The position numbers and the translations under genes were made by a program. The notes beneath the pieces are model-generated. The model did not search any database. It was given only the letters and a program-made list of their open reading frames with translations, and was not told where the DNA came from. A DNA stretch of 64,000 nt from Psammoneis japonica (lineage: Eukaryota), in NCBI GenBank assembly GCA_008632985.1, contig QPGO01000004.1:1-64000 (forward strand), written 5' to 3'. Shown here piece after piece: positions 32,250 to 46,500 of this stretch (within the stretch, counting starts at the first letter, position 1; the number at the start of each line of letters is the position of its first letter).

Positions 32250-35200
32250 CTATTTCCTCCAGATTGTTCCATCCTCGTATTCGACTTCTAAGACTTTGCA
32301 GCCGGGCCCAGATTCAATCCCCTGCATGACGTGACGCTTGCAACCCTTTGTTACGGTGCTCGACTTCTTTTTTCCAGTTTGCTTTGCTTTGTGCGGATGA
32401 TTCTTGCTCCTCCAGACTGTTCCATCAGCGTACTCGACTTCGAGGACTTTGTAGCCCCGCCCAGTCTTCTTCTTTCCAGTCTGCTTTGCTTGGTGCGGAC
32501 TATTCTTGCTCTTCTTGGATTTGCTAGTAGGTAAACTACCTGGTGGCGACGCAAGCATGAGGGGGGCCACAGGTACGCTGTTCTTTCGCTGGTATCGAGC
32601 GAGTTTCTTCTTCATTTCGTTCGTCAGCATGTGGTCTCTGCATTGCTTGGGCGTTCTGGCTTGAACAAAACGTGCAGAAATGATTTCCCACTTGTGTAGT
32701 TCGTTCTTGTAATTCTCGAATCCTTCGAGCAAGAGAGATTCTTCCTGCTCTGTCCAAACGGTCGCAGTCACGATAGCGTTCGCGCCATTCGTACATGCAT
32801 AAGTGACGCTTCGCTCGTTTGGACGTTGAAAGAGAGCCAGCTTATGCTTCATGGTCTGGGTGTTCATGCGCTCTTTGCACTGCGAGGGAGTTCGAGTTTG
32901 AACAAAATTCGCCGAAATCGTCTCCCACTTACGCACTCGGTGCTTGCATTCGTCAAAGCCCTCAAGCAAACGGGCGTCCTCTTGTTCAGTCCAAAAGTTG
33001 GTCTCTGGGGGATTTCTCTCCCGAATGCCCTGAAAGAAACTCATGCCCTTCGCCGTCTGAGTACGGGCCCGCTTTCTGGGGAGGCTCGAGCCGCTATCAA
33101 AAGCATTTGCAGCCAAACTCGTGCTCGGCAAAGTACTCTCGACTGCCTGTTCCATCAAGCAATGAATCAAACTTCCACTCTCGCTCCTTGATACCGACTT
33201 TTCAGCTGCAAAAACCGCATTAGTGGTCGATCCCATTTTTGTCCATTGCGGTAAGCTTTGCTCCAGTCCTCCTCGTTCGCGCCTCCCCTCGAGTAGGGAA
33301 GAGGGAGTGAGAGACGCTAAAATTTCAGCAGTGGTGTTTACAAGACCAATGATGGAGGAAGAAGTTGGATTCGTGGGTTGATTAGCTTGCTGAATTGCTG
33401 GCACAGTTCCGTTGCTCCCTTGATGTTGAAAAGAACCGACTTTCTGCTTTATGGTTTTGGTGCGCATACGGTCTTTGCACTGCTTGGGTGTTCTTGTCTG
33501 GACCAAACTGGAGACTTTGTCCCAGCTCTCGATGTCGTCCTTGTATTTGTTGTAGCCTTCCAGTAAGAGGGCATCTTCGTGCTCGGTCCAAAGGCCTGTA
33601 ATGTTAAGCGATTTCTCGCCGGTAGAGGCCTTTTTTGCATCGGTAGTCGTGGAGAGTAGTGGCGATGCCAGAGAAGAAAACGCTGTGGCAGTAGTATCGG
33701 ACTGCTGATTATGTACCAGGGATGGAAAATCTCCGCTAGTCTCTGGAGGTTGCAACGAGGTTAGTTGAGTCTCGGAATGCTCTTGCGGTGTCAGGTCCAT
33801 TTCCTCGCGAACGCATTGAAAGAAAATAGAATCGTCTGCTGGAGGAGTACGTGCCCGTTTTCGTTTGGGACTTCTGACACTCTTCTTGCTTTCGTCCCTC
33901 GTCTTGCTGGAATCGAGCTTTCGCCGCATGGTTTGGGTGCGCGTGCGATCTTGGCACTGTTGGGGTGATTTTGACTGAACGTAGTGCTTCGAGATATTTG
34001 TCCAATTGTTCCCATAGCGATTGCACCCCTCAAGCAAGAGAGCATCTTCTTGCGCGGTCCAAGAAGTGGGGCACTTCCTCTTGCTACCACTGACTGCAGC
34101 AGAAGCTGAGAGCTCCTGCTGTGGTTCCTGTTCGTTCCGAAGGGCTTCTTCTTGATCCGTGCAGCGAGACGTTTGGAGGCTGTTTTGGGGTGCTTGGTCC
34201 TGCCTGTGATCAATGCTGTTACCTTCAATCTCGCCCGCTTTTTCTGGACTATACTTAGGAGGCGACGAGTTGTCGGTGACGGGCACAGATGCAGCAGCAG
34301 CGTTTATTACAATGGCTTCCTGATGCTCCAATCCCCTTGCGCTGCTCCCAACCATCTCACCCGGCGAGTCCGCGGGGGTTACTGCGGAATCAATATCTAC
34401 GGTCCGAATGCTTGTCGAGTTACTGCTGGTAGAGGAGACAGTGTTGAACTGTTGTGGTTGCTGCGGTGGTGGTGCAGGCGTGCAACTCTCAGTAATTTCC
34501 GACTGCTGCTCCAGCTCCTGCGGTGCCTGTTCCGTCTGACTCTTCAAAAAGGCAGAGACTTTCTCCTTCATTTTCTCGATCCTCATGTGCTCCTCGCATT
34601 GCTTTGCGGTTCTTGTTTGAACAAAGCTTGCCGAAATGGTTGGCCACTTCGGCCTTTTGTCCTTGCATTTGGTATAGCCTTCGATCAAACGGCTTTCCTC
34701 TTCTTCGGTCCAACGGCGAGACCTGGGCCTGCGTTCCGGTGCTTGGCCCTGTTTGTGCTCACTACCGTGAACGCTACTCTTGCCCGCTTGGTCAGGACTT
34801 TGATTGGAGGAGAACGACGGCTTGTCAGCGCCGGGTACGTGTACAGCACCATCATTTGATGATTCTTCTGAACGCCCCAATTCCTTCGTATTATTCCCAA
34901 TGCTATCGTCGCGCAAGTCCGCCGTGGGAACTGCGGTATCTTTGTCTGCAGTCCGGGTGTTTGTCGAGCTACTGCTGGTAGAGGAGGAAACAGTCGGGGA
35001 CTGTTGTTGCGGTTGTGGTGGTGCGGGCGTACGGGCCTCCTCAGAATTCGACTTCTTATCCTTCTGTGCCTGTTCGGCCAGGCTGGTCATAAAAAAAGAG
35101 AGCTTCTCCTTCACTTGCTTGGACGACGACGAGTTGTCAGCTTCGGGTACGTGTACAGCAGCTGCATTTGGTGCTGCTTCTGACTGCCCCAACCCCTTTG

Positions 35201-38200
35201 TGATATTCCCAACGCTATCGCCGGGCAAGTCCGCAGCAGGAACTGCAATATCCTTGTCTGCAGTCCCGGTGCTGCTGGTAGAGGAGGAATGTGCAGGCGT
35301 AGAACTCTCAGCAGAAATCGATTGCCCTTCCTGAGGTACCTGTTCGGTCTGGCTGGACATGAAAGCAGAGAGCTTCTCCTTCATTCCCTTGGTCCTCATG
35401 TGTTCTTCGCATTGCTTTGCGGTTCTTGTTGGAACGAACAAAATCGAAACGGCTAACCACTTTGGCCTTTCATCCTTGCACTTGACATAACCCTCAAGCA
35501 ACTTGCTTTCCTCTAGGTCGGTCCAACGAGGCCTATTGGGCTTGCGAGGCCTCTTGGACTTGCTTTCCGATGCTCGGTCCTGTTTGCTGTCCATGCCTTG
35601 AACGTCACTAATACCCTCTTGGCATGAACTCTGCTCGGAAGACAAAGCGTTCTCAGCGGCAGGTACACTAGGAACTTTTGAACGTGCTTCTTCTTGCTCC
35701 GAACTCCCTACGGAATTGTCGATCATCTCCTCCGACATTGGGACTGCGGTGGATGGTGTAGAATGCCTGTTTGCCATCTGCATAGTTTCCAAGCCGGGCT
35801 GGATTTGTGCTGGTGACGTTGGAAGAGACTCGCAAGTTCCAGCCGTTTCGAGCTCTTGTTGCTGCGGTAAACTTTCGAACTGGTTCTGTCGAGATAAACT
35901 TGCGGGCTGCTCCTGCTGCAGTGGCACCCTTTCTGAACGATCCTGCAGCAGCAGCTGCTGCATCGGTGCGGTTTCGGACTGGCATTCCTGCTGCTGCTGC
36001 TGCTGACCGCTTTCAGACGGATCTTGCTGCTGAGGTGCTTGTTCCAGCTGACTTGTTAGATAAGCAGCCAGTTTTTCTTTCATGCTTTTGCACTGCATGT
36101 GTTTCTTGCATTGCGAAGCGGTTCTTGTTTGAACAAAACGAGACGAAATATTGGCCCACTTTGGTGTCACGTCCCTGCATGCGACATAACCCTCGAGCAG
36201 CTGGGCCTCCTCTTTAGCTGTCCAGTATCTAGTTGCTGGCCTGTTGTCTTCGGTAGGGGGGCGACTGTCATTGGTGATAGACGCTTCTGGTGGTGGTGCC
36301 TCGGGTCCTGCAGTTTCGCCATTGCTACTGCCTTGACCGTCGTTCGGAGTAACCGGCTGCGTACTCGTCTCATCAGACGATGACGAGTCGGTGTTTGCTA
36401 TAGCGGCTGACGAGTTCAGCTCTAGTTCGCGACTGTCGCTCTTGCCGTCGTGTGACAAATCATAAGTGGGAACAGCAGTACTCTGCAATACTCCATCCAC
36501 CACGTGTTGGTCCAATTCATTCCTCTCACTTTTCGAGGAGGACGAGCTGTCCCCAGCAATCCGCGCAGCAGTACTCGTGGCTGCTACCTCCGCCACGTGT
36601 TGCCCCAATAATCCTTCCTTAGCACTCTGCTTGGACGAGTTGCCATCCATGGGTGCAGTAGAAGGACTCTTGGTTGCTTCTGCCGTCGCGGGTATTTCCG
36701 ATCCGTTCCTCATGTCCGCCGAGGACGAGGAGTCAGCAGTACTGGATACACTACTTTCGGTCGCACCCTCCACAACGCCTTGTTCCAATCCTTGTGTTTT
36801 CTCGTCTACAGGTAGCGAGTTGTGTTCCGACTGCTGCTCCGGTGCTGCTAGTGCGTTGTTGCTCGCAGTAAGCGGCTGATGAGCAGCGGATGGAGAGGCC
36901 TTGTCGCTGTTGAGAATACTAGCAATTTCGGACGCTTCTTGTGCCGACGAAACTACAGCTGTAGCATTTTGGGACGCGTCTTGTGTTGCCGTAGATTCAG
37001 TACTTGCCGATGATTCTGCTGAACGACAGAGTTTTTCCAACCTTTCCTTGATACGCTTGGTCTTCATGTGAGCCATGCACGACGCCGCAGAGCGAGTCTT
37101 GACATAGTCTTTTGAAATCACTGCCCATTTGCGACGGTTATTGTTCTTGTGTACCTGGTATCCCTCAAGCAAGCGATCCTCCTCTTGGCTGGTCCACCAA
37201 TGAACGACGCGTTTTGCAACAACACTCTGCTTTTCTTCGAGTGCTGCACCATCTTGTGGCTGATGAGTTGCTTCAGCACGGCCCATAGGAATTGGACTCT
37301 TGCCTGGCAATGCGACGTCCTTTCTTTGAGCCGCCGTATCTCCGGTTTCTTGCGTGACTTGCTGCTCGATCCGCGTCTCGGGTGACGTCGAGGTGGGTGC
37401 CGTGGATGCGTTCGCCGCGTCTTGCCCCTTGGTCGGCGTGGATACCTTATTTGATTCACCACTGGTCATTGCGGCTCGTGACTGTTCCGGCGCACCTCTG
37501 TCGGTCCGTAACTTTTCATCCTTGGTGTATGTCTCGCCCTGTGCTCTTGTTTCGGTCGCACCTGATGCAGTGCTTGATAACGACTTGTTCTCATTCACTA
37601 CTACTGCTTCCTGCAGAACTCCTTGCCCGCTCCCCGCGATCACCTTGGAAGAAGAGCCTCCGGTTTCTGCGTCGAATCTTGTAGCAGGCAATGACGAGTT
37701 GTCCTCGGCGGATGTTTCCATCACGTGCTGTCCTTTCGCTTTGGTCGCTGCGTTTGACAAAGAGCAAGTGGCTGCAGCAGTACTACTACTCTCGATGCTT
37801 GCTGCCTGCTGCTCCCTCGCACCTCTGTTGGGCAATGCCAACGGCACAGCGTTGACCTTGGGTGCTCCTGCTACTGCTTTCGTCTGTTGGTTCAATCCCT
37901 GACTTGTTGAGTCAGCGCGTACTTGTTGCTGTCCTTGTTCCAACCCTACCAACGCGTCGGATGTTTCTACCGCGCTTCTGTTGCTGCAGTAGCAGTAGTA
38001 GGCAGAATGACTGCTTGTTCTTGCTGGACTGGACGACACGACGATGATGCATGACTAGATGACAATGCTGCCAGTTGATCCAATGATTCAAATCCGTCAC
38101 GCCTCACTTGTGGTAGTGGAGGAGTGACTTGAGCAGCTGGAGGCTCTTTTCCCAGCACTTGTAAGGTAGGCGGTGACGGGGCTGAAGGCGGGAATGCCGA

Positions 38201-38506
38201 AACAAGAGCATTGCTGCTGCTCTGATAGTACTGCTGTAATCTTGACATGTTATTCCAAGCATGGTGACCGTGGTGATGTACTGCTTGTAATGCTTGTTGT
38301 TCTTCTGCAATGGCTCGTTGTAACTGTTCGTCGGCGAGCCTTCTTGCTTGTTCTGCCGCGGCGCGGGCTTGAATCGCTCGATCGAGTCGTTGTTGTTCTG
38401 CTGCATGACTGTTGTTTTGACTCAGACGCAACAACTCGATACAACATTCTTGTTCATCGAGCAGTTGTCGACTGTTGGTATCGTCCGGTGACGGCACCAT
38501 GGTCAT
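32250..38506 (-). CDS. Very large protein with eight dispersed Myb/SANT repeats
   Basis: 1929-aa ORF with 8 copies of WTxxEExxLxEG...W..I/VS...V.TR/K...C; upstream ORF from ATG 38506 appears to join through a frameshift (or intron) near 37970. Confidence 0.85.
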
Positions 38507-38699
38507 GGTGATGTGTGAAAATGCCTTTTTCTTGTGTGTGATGATGGGTGGTGGTGCGTGGCGTAAAAAAATGGCGAATGCAAGTGCCGCACCGAGAGTG
38601 CCGCAGGCAGTCCCAAGTCTCTGAGTCTTCGTCATGCGCAGACAAAAACTCACGGCGCGCCAACATTTTCATCAGGGCCAGCGTTGACTTGACGCACTG

Positions 38700-41600
38700 C
38701 CACACTCACACTGGCCATGAGCACTCCGAACAGAAAGAGCCCAGATTCTAATGTTGAAAGTGCTGGAACTTTGCACGGGGACTTCGAAGCGTCGCCATCG
38801 AACGTTCTTTTCATTTTCTTTTGAAGAACATCAACAGCAAAATTGTCAGACAGATTAAATGTGCCACAGTTTGATGCAGGGTGCCTCTGCTGCTGTTTGG
38901 TCGTCTTTTGTTCGATTTTTTCATCTCTGGGTTGCACAGTTGAGAGCCCACAAAGATGCCGCACCCTGGCCTTGGGGGTCATCAAGGAGCTGGCAGTCAA
39001 CCCAACAACAATGTGTCACCCTGTGCACCCAGTTCCACTGCTGCACAGGGTGCTGCCCCCAAGCCCCACCAGCCCCACAGGCTGCTCCACAAAAGCGCTT
39101 CCCCCCCCCCCAGCAACACAGAGCCACAGGTCATGCCCCTTTGAGCCCAGCCAGCAGCACCACAACAAGAGCTCCCAAGGGTGTCACAGCTGCACATGGC
39201 TCCAGGCTCACATGTTCCTTCAGCACTGCCACAAACACCCAGAATGAGCTTGGGCCCCTCTGCTGCACCTGTTGTCAAGACAAGAGGAGGTGACGATGTT
39301 GGGTTTTGCTGCCACAGGCTGCAAAGTGCCGCTGCTCTGTTCCACCTCATTCATTGCAAAATTTGCAGAACACATTGTGAGAGTGCAACACAGATGAACC
39401 AACACAACCCATGGGAACGGCAACACGGACTTGCCAGTGCATCCCGATGCCGCTGATTCTGGAGCAGGCAAGTTTGCAGCAGAAGTGCTGTTGCTCTCAT
39501 CCACCTTGTTCATTGCTGAAAAGCACAGAGCACATTTGTGAGAGTGCGACACATGTGAACTAACATGAACAGCAACACACACTTGCCGGTGCATCGGTGC
39601 ATCCCGGCAACGCTGATTCTGGAGCAACGTGGACACAGGTGTGCAGTGTAAAACGTCAAGCACCCAGCTCCACCCCTGCAACTCAAAGAAAACACACACA
39701 GAAAGAAAGCATGTGAGCAAGCAAAAAACATCTTAAGTGCCACAGAACACACTCACTAAGGTGGGTGTGGGAACAAGCACCACCCGCATGTGCACCACAC
39801 TGTGCAAGGCGCTGCGTGAATGACAATGTCATGTGGCAATGACTGAGTTCACCCCGCACCTCCTGTGCTGCAGATGGTTCATCAATGACATGTTTAGAGC
39901 ATGGACCAGGAACAGCAGAGAGACTTGGGAAGCCTTTGACAATGAGCCCAACAACTCAGGCAACCTCCAATGGGTTGCCTCCCCACTCTCTGCCTCCAAC
40001 TTAAGTGCTGAACACATCAAAAACCAATGAAGCTCTTTTTGTGCATGCCTTTTTTGAAGAGTGTCATGTGTGGCAAAGAACTTTTCATGTGTGTGATTCT
40101 GAGAGCTGCAGGAACAAGCACCGCCTGCAGTCTTGCCAGATCTGGACACAGAAATTGGAGAAGACGGATGTGTTGTTGGTGAGCATGTCAAAAACCAATG
40201 AGCTTCTTTTTGTGCATGCCTTGTTTGAAGAGTGTCATTTGTGGCAACTTGTCATGATTCTGGATGCAAAACTCTGACATGCGCAATTGCACCAATGCTG
40301 CAGAAAAGCAAATTTGTGACGTGAGTGCACACAACAACATGCCAGCAGCTCAGCATTCTGGACATGGCAGATTCGTGACAGCACACTCGCGATCACGAAA
40401 CTCAAGCTGCACCCAAATCAAAACCTGTCTTGACCAACCAGAAGGACAGCAGGTTTCGCCATGCATTGAGCTGCTGTCATTGGCCAATGGGGTGAAGTCT
40501 TTCACCGCCACATGGCCGGTTGTCGATTTGCAGATTTGCCACCAAACGTAGAATCCACGTGAATCACAACAGCACATGCTCTCACCTTTTGACTGGTGTG
40601 TCATTGTGAAGTGTGCAGAAAATTGCACACGTGAAAAAAAAACACTGAAAATGCCACAGACCAAGGGGCTGCAAAAATCTGAGAAGCATGAAGAGGAATT
40701 TAACATGGAGGGTGGGTCACGTGTGTGCGTGAAGTGGGCTGCACATGTGCAAACATGTGTGCGTGAGTTGAGGAGGGCCAAAGTGGAAACCAAGCTCAAA
40801 TTGATGACCATCAAAAGGAAACCAAACTGTGCATCACAAAACATGGATGTCAGCTCCAACCAAATTAAACATTGCATGCATTTGATTGAAGCTTGTGCAA
40901 GAAAAGATGATGAGACATCAGATGAAATGCAAAAAACAACTGCAATTTGTTGAGCACATTTTCAAATTTTGCTTGTCAACAATTTTGACAGCGCACATTT
41001 AAAAAATTACAAAGGAAAGTGAAAACCACTGCATTGCAACCTCTGATGCAGCTTCTGCCACCATGGCCATGTTTGGCAGCCATGCCACCTGAGACCAGAT
41101 GTGCTGCCACACAAAATGCATTGATGGGTGATGGCAAGCTCAAGGAGTTTTCTTTGAGATGCCAGCCTCTCTGTCAGTCTGGTTGCCAAGCTTTTGGTGC
41201 AGCGTGCCTTTGTGTAAGGCACAATCATGACAAGGAACTCATGCAAAGCCTTGCACCATTTGTGTTTGGCTTGGCTGTGCCCTGTCAAACACAGCAAATG
41301 ATGCATTGAAGAGCACTGGGCCAGCAGATTTTTCATGGCAGCAATGACAACCCCCAAGAACCCTTGCCAACACTGTGGTGGCTGTGGAGTCACCTGGTGA
41401 TGTGCAAGCAAAGAGGCTCTTGCCTCCATGCTGTGAGCTGCAAAGCTCTCATTGGGCAGGAAAAGAGCAGCACCAATGCTGGCTGTCCCAGGTGCATGGC
41501 AGCAAGTTGTCACCCAGTTGCTTGTGGAACCTTGGCAGCAGGTTGACCATGTCCATGCCAGCAATGTCTGGAAAATGTTTTTACTCTTCTTGCTCAGGTT

Positions 41601-42050
41601 TTGTGTGTGCTCAATGGTGCACTTCTTTGTGCTGGGCAACTGGCTCTTGTTTGCCATTGAATCAAAACATTCATGTCTTGAGTCATCAGCCAAAGTGGAA
41701 GAAATGCACCCAACAAACTTCTCTCTCATTTGCCTGCCCAAATGCCCAACAAGAACAATGGTGAGCCAGCTCTTGCTTGTCAATGGCAACAACACCCAAG
41801 TGCCAGCAAGCTGCCAGCCAAAGCAGGAGAAATTAAAGCCAAAGAATTTCACACTCATTTGCCCAGTTGCAAAACAACAATGGCTCACAACTCCTGGCTG
41901 CAAACTCATTCTTGGCAATTTTGTGCTTGTCGTTGTGCTTCACCAACCTGCTCTGTTTTGGCAATGCAAGAAATGCAGGTTGTCTTGAAAGTGATTGTCA
42001 CCAATGTGGGACATGATCTGTCCAGACAACAACGAAAACAACTGAGCGCA
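38700..42050. mobile_element. Old TE relic block, depleted in TpA and CpG
   Basis: Composition; internal ~58-bp direct repeat at 40018-40077 and 40189-40247. Confidence 0.7.
39833..40000 (+). pseudogene. Penelope-like RT fragment
   Basis: HLLCCRWFINDMFRAW...WEAFDNEPNNSGNLQW fits a decayed LLYYRRFIDDxFxxW...F..LNNFG.L.W. Confidence 0.55.
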
Positions 42051-42671
42051 GTGACGACTCTTCGCTTCTGGCCAAGTGTTTTTGAAATGTGGTGGTCTCG
42101 GATGGCTCCTACATTGCTACGTACATCATACCAGGACTACTTCAACATGTCACGACGTCGTGTTGATGGCGCGAAGAAGAGAAAAGGGACCACTAAATAC
42201 AGTCGCTGTCGCTTCTCAGTAAGGTTTAAAGGAGCTTTTGTGGGCTTGAACATTAACGGATCTGTCGTAGGGCCGCGTACTGCCGTCAAACAACTCGTTT
42301 TACAGAAAAGAAACTACCCCCAAAGAGATTCTCTTGTTGAGAAAGCCGTTCTCTGAAGGCAAGGTTACGATGATTGATGAGGTATGTCAGAAACTTGACA
42401 AGCTCAGCGAGGGCAAGACTGCGGAGCCTGATCCTTCAGAAAAAGTAAGAAGTGTCTTGCCAAGTCCGAAGCCGACAAGGTCGTAGAATCAGTCAACAAG
42501 GAATCCGACGTTGTTCAAGTTGGTCTACTGACTGGAGAGTTTCCCTACATGTTCACGATACGTGAGAAATGCGAGAGATGGTCGTTCTATATAATTGAAG
42601 TTAGATGTTAAATGAGCATGCTTCCGGCATGAACTACGTCCACAGCCTGGAGCTCTGTTTGAGAATATGAC

Positions 42672-43361
42672 TCAATCCTTGGAGATTTTAGCCTTTTGTG
42701 GTTGAAATGAACAAAAGGTCAAGTAGTTGCCAAGGAAGCAGAAGACAAAACCAATTGCCAGGTATATTGCCACACGAGCTCCAATGGCATATAGAAAGGG
42801 CCATGACCCCGAATTGATTTCAGTCCGCCCATAATGGAATAGCCCTGAAAAGGGATTACCGAGTAAAGAGCATGCTTCCAACGATGTCATTAGAAAGAAG
42901 AGATAGCTAACCAAATGGCAGCTGTGCCCTAACCTGGCTAGGTCGTCCTTCAAAAGCGAATGACACTGGACCCAATACCACAATGCAAAATAGGAAAATA
43001 CCAAAATGAAGCCACCAGCAACGGCAAACAGAGTAGGATGATATTCCATGGTACCGAATGGTCCGAGCATCGACAAAACACCGATTGTCACTGCGATACG
43101 AGGCAAGATATGTACTTCGTTTGCCCGGACCAAGGCACCTAGGAAGATCAGTAACAAGGAGAGTGGTGCACCCAAAGCAATGGCCATAAAGATGGGCCCA
43201 AAAGCAGCCCATGGAGTATTCTCAAACTCTTCCGCCGGTTTACTTAGCCACACAGGCGACGTGAACCACGGGGTAACCCAAGAAACTACCGACAGAGATG
43301 TCATGCCCGCAATGAAGCAAATGTTTGGAACGCTTAAATATGTTCTAGTCTTCATGTTCAT
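42672..43361 (-). CDS. Multi-pass hypothetical membrane protein, intronless
   Basis: ~229 aa from ATG 43361, about 6 hydrophobic helices, normal TpA/Tyr content, lies between two TE blocks. Confidence 0.75.
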   Translation of the reverse strand: MNMKTRTYLSVPNICFIAGMTSLSVVSWVTPWFTSPVWLSKPAEEFENTPWAAFGPIFMAIALGAPLSLLLIFLGALVRANEVHILPRIAVTIGVLSMLGPFGTMEYHPTLFAVAGGFILVFSYFALWYWVQCHSLLKDDLARLGHSCHLVSYLFFLMTSLEACSLLGNPFSGLFHYGRTEINSGSWPFLYAIGARVAIYLAIGFVFCFLGNYLTFCSFQPQKAKISKD

Positions 43362-43539
43362 CACTCGATCATAGTGCTGAGGAGAACAGGATGTACCCGG
43401 TGTGATGCAACTTCGTAATGGGATTAGATGCCCCAGAGACACAGAGATCCGAACCCTGTGATCACAATCACAAGAGGAGAGAAGGCTGATGGAAGTCACG
43501 ATTGATTTCATGGATCACGACTGAACACGTCATTTTTTA

Positions 43540-46500
43540 CCTCACCCCCGCCCATCGCTGCTGCTGTAGCTCACAAGACCGAACTCTGTTTGAACTCACT
43601 TTTCCGATCGAATCGCAATCTCCATGACGATCATGATCTTTCAGACTCTGTTGCTGACAACAAAGTCTTGCTCTCAGCACTGTTGCTGTCATCCAAACAT
43701 GTGGACTCCAGCAGCCCAAGCACGATGCTGCAGGAGGAGGGGCGCCGCTGCTTCTTGTGCCCGTGCCCAGCCATGCTTTGGCACAAATCTCTCTGCCTGG
43801 GCTGTCACTGAGAACAGCTTTTTTGAAGCAAACCTGGGAAACAAGTTGGCTCTGGTGCCACTCATCTCTTCTTCACATTGCCAACAAGACATCCTCATGC
43901 CATGTCGGAAGAGGAGCAGAAGAAGAGGAGGAGAAAAGCCAGCTGGTGCCCAGGCCCAGAAATCATTGCTGGCACAGCTCGTGAACCCTTTGAGCTGCTG
44001 CTGGAAGTGCAGGCCCACCAACTCCCACTCCACCCATTGGAGATGGGGCACATCACACCCACAGCATTTGCGCTGGCAGCTCTCTTTGGACAAAATGCGT
44101 GCACACAACTCCGCCAGAGACCCAGGGGCACTCACACTTGAAGCACTGCTCAAGGCAAGTTAAAAGCCCAAGCTTCCAGCATGGTGTGTTGCCTTTGCTG
44201 ACAATGCTGTTGAGTGGAATGACGGGGCAAGACTCATGAGTGGTGTGCAAAGTGCAAGGGAAAAGTCTCCAAGAAGCAGCACATCTCCTGCTCTGCCAGT
44301 GCCGCTGCACTGCTGGGCATCAAGACAATTTCAATCACCCAGAAGGGCACCAAAAAGAAGCATCTGGCAACCTTTGCCAGGTCTTGAGGACTCCAGCCAC
44401 AATGTCCCCATGGGCCCTCCCAAGCAGACTGTTTCATCCTCCTGCAAGCAGCCTGAACCATCCAGAGCGCCTGTTGCTGCTGCGTTGGTCACTCTGACCC
44501 CCCTTCTGTCAGCCACAGGGAAGACATCTAGGATGTGCACCACATTGATGCTTCAAGCTCAATGACCACCAACCCTGCCTCAACTTGGGTTGTGGTCAAA
44601 ACAGTTCACCCCAAAGACACCAATGATTTCTTCAAGTGCTCTGACACTTTCTGCACTCAAAAATGAACCTCTGGACACTGTGCAGTCAGACAAGGTGTTG
44701 GATGATCATGTTGTGGCAACCAGAAATTCAAATTTTGAAGGTGCACGCTGTGACTCACCTCCAAGCATTGCCTGTTGTGTCTTTAATTTCTGTGATCCTA
44801 AAGTCCCTGGCTTTGTCAATTGTCAGCAGCCAAATGTTGGAAATGAGATTTGCATGTGAGGCCCACCCTGTCAACCATCAAACTTTTCCAATCTGCACAT
44901 TTTCTGGCTCTCAGCCATGCTTCAGGAGACAGTGCTGTGCTCCTGTTTTTTGCCACCTCCATGCACCCCTTGGTGTCTGGTGTGCACCACACTGCCAATG
45001 TGAAATCCCGCCCTTCTTGCACTGCTTCCAGGCATTGTGGTTGGTGCTCTCTGCAGCCATCATGGTCTGGCCATCTGTCTGTGTTGGAAACCTGGCTCCA
45101 GCAGAGCATCCATTTGCCAGTGTGTCTGCCCACACCTGCAAGCAGTCATGAAAAAGCCAGACAACTGAGCCATGTCAGATTTGGGCAGTCTTTGTGAGTG
45201 CAACAAGGTTGAAAGTCAGCAGGTCTTGCCAAATTTGTCACACATCATCCCAGGCATTCATTGAGCAAGTGACTCAAGAGGGCACTCTGATGTGGTCATC
45301 TTCTGAGTCACCTGCCTGTGACTCCATCCTCCAACAATGTGCTGCTCAACAAGTCTTCCTTTTTCAATTCTTGTGAGCATGTTGAGCAAGCACCCACTGG
45401 TCAACCAAAAGCACTTTCTTGGTGCCATCAATGAACTGCCGCCCAATTTCTTCTGGTTTGGGCAGTGACGCATGTCTTCCACAGCACATTGTGGATGCTT
45501 CAATCTTTCATGGTTCTGTGCAGCTCTTTTGCAGGAAGCACACAAGAGGCCAGCAGTCTGCAACAAGGCCGCTGTCAAAATTCTTACAGAACAGCCCCAG
45601 TCCATGCACCTGGTGCAAAATCTGCAGCAAGCACTGATTGGATTGAAGTCAGACTGCATGCCCATCATCTCATGGATGCTTGCCACTGCAAACCATCCTC
45701 TGCAGCTTCTTCTTGGCATGGCAAACAGACTCAGAATTGTGGGTGCTGGACCTGTGTTGCAGGTGCCCCAAACACTGTGCAAGGTGCAAAGATCCAACTC
45801 TCAACACAACAGCATGCCATGTGCCCAAGGCAACAAGGAGATGACACCATCTGCTCTTTTCATGATGCCTGCACAGTCAAGAATGATGGCAAGCTGGCAT
45901 TTGTGGCAAGCACAAGGCAGTCGTGAGCAGTCATTTTGACTTGCCAGCACTGGTCATCAGGAGGCACTTTGGATGTGCTGCACAACTCAAAAAGTTGCTT
46001 GCACCTGTCACAGTCACCACCAAAGGGATTTTGGCAGCTCCCCAGGTGAGTCTGCAGGTTTTCAATAAAAAAAGCCAGAACTTTGGTTCAGGACAGAAAA
46101 GCTGAGTGATGAGGCCCTTTGAGCTGACCATCTGCAACTGGGTCAAGCTGCAAGTGTTGGCCATTTCAAATCTTGACTTCTGGATTGCACACCTGCAACT
46201 CACATGAGAAGGCTTTGTCCAAGCAGCTCAGGGGCAGATGTGCTTTCATCAGTCATGCCCCAGAGGATGCACCCAAGAAGTCAAGTTTCAGTTTGGGTTT
46301 TCAGCCACAAATGATGTGAGCAAAGCAATCAGTTTTGAGAAACATGTTCTCAATCATGGTGCATCACACAAGAGTTTCTTGCCAACAGCTGACAGCAGGG
46401 TCAGGGCCAACTCTTTTACCCAACATGCTCACCAACATGAGCAAGGGCTCCAGTTTTGCAGTGCCAGCACCACCCCACCATCAAAATGAGGCACTGCTGA

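Noticed and set aside
42140..42560. Protein-coding gene
   Set aside because: Short, interrupted by stops, no recognisable domain.
44500..46400. DIRS/Ngaro-like RT on the minus strand
   Set aside because: Only faint motif resemblance (MMGMQSD...AC); too decayed to assign by eye.
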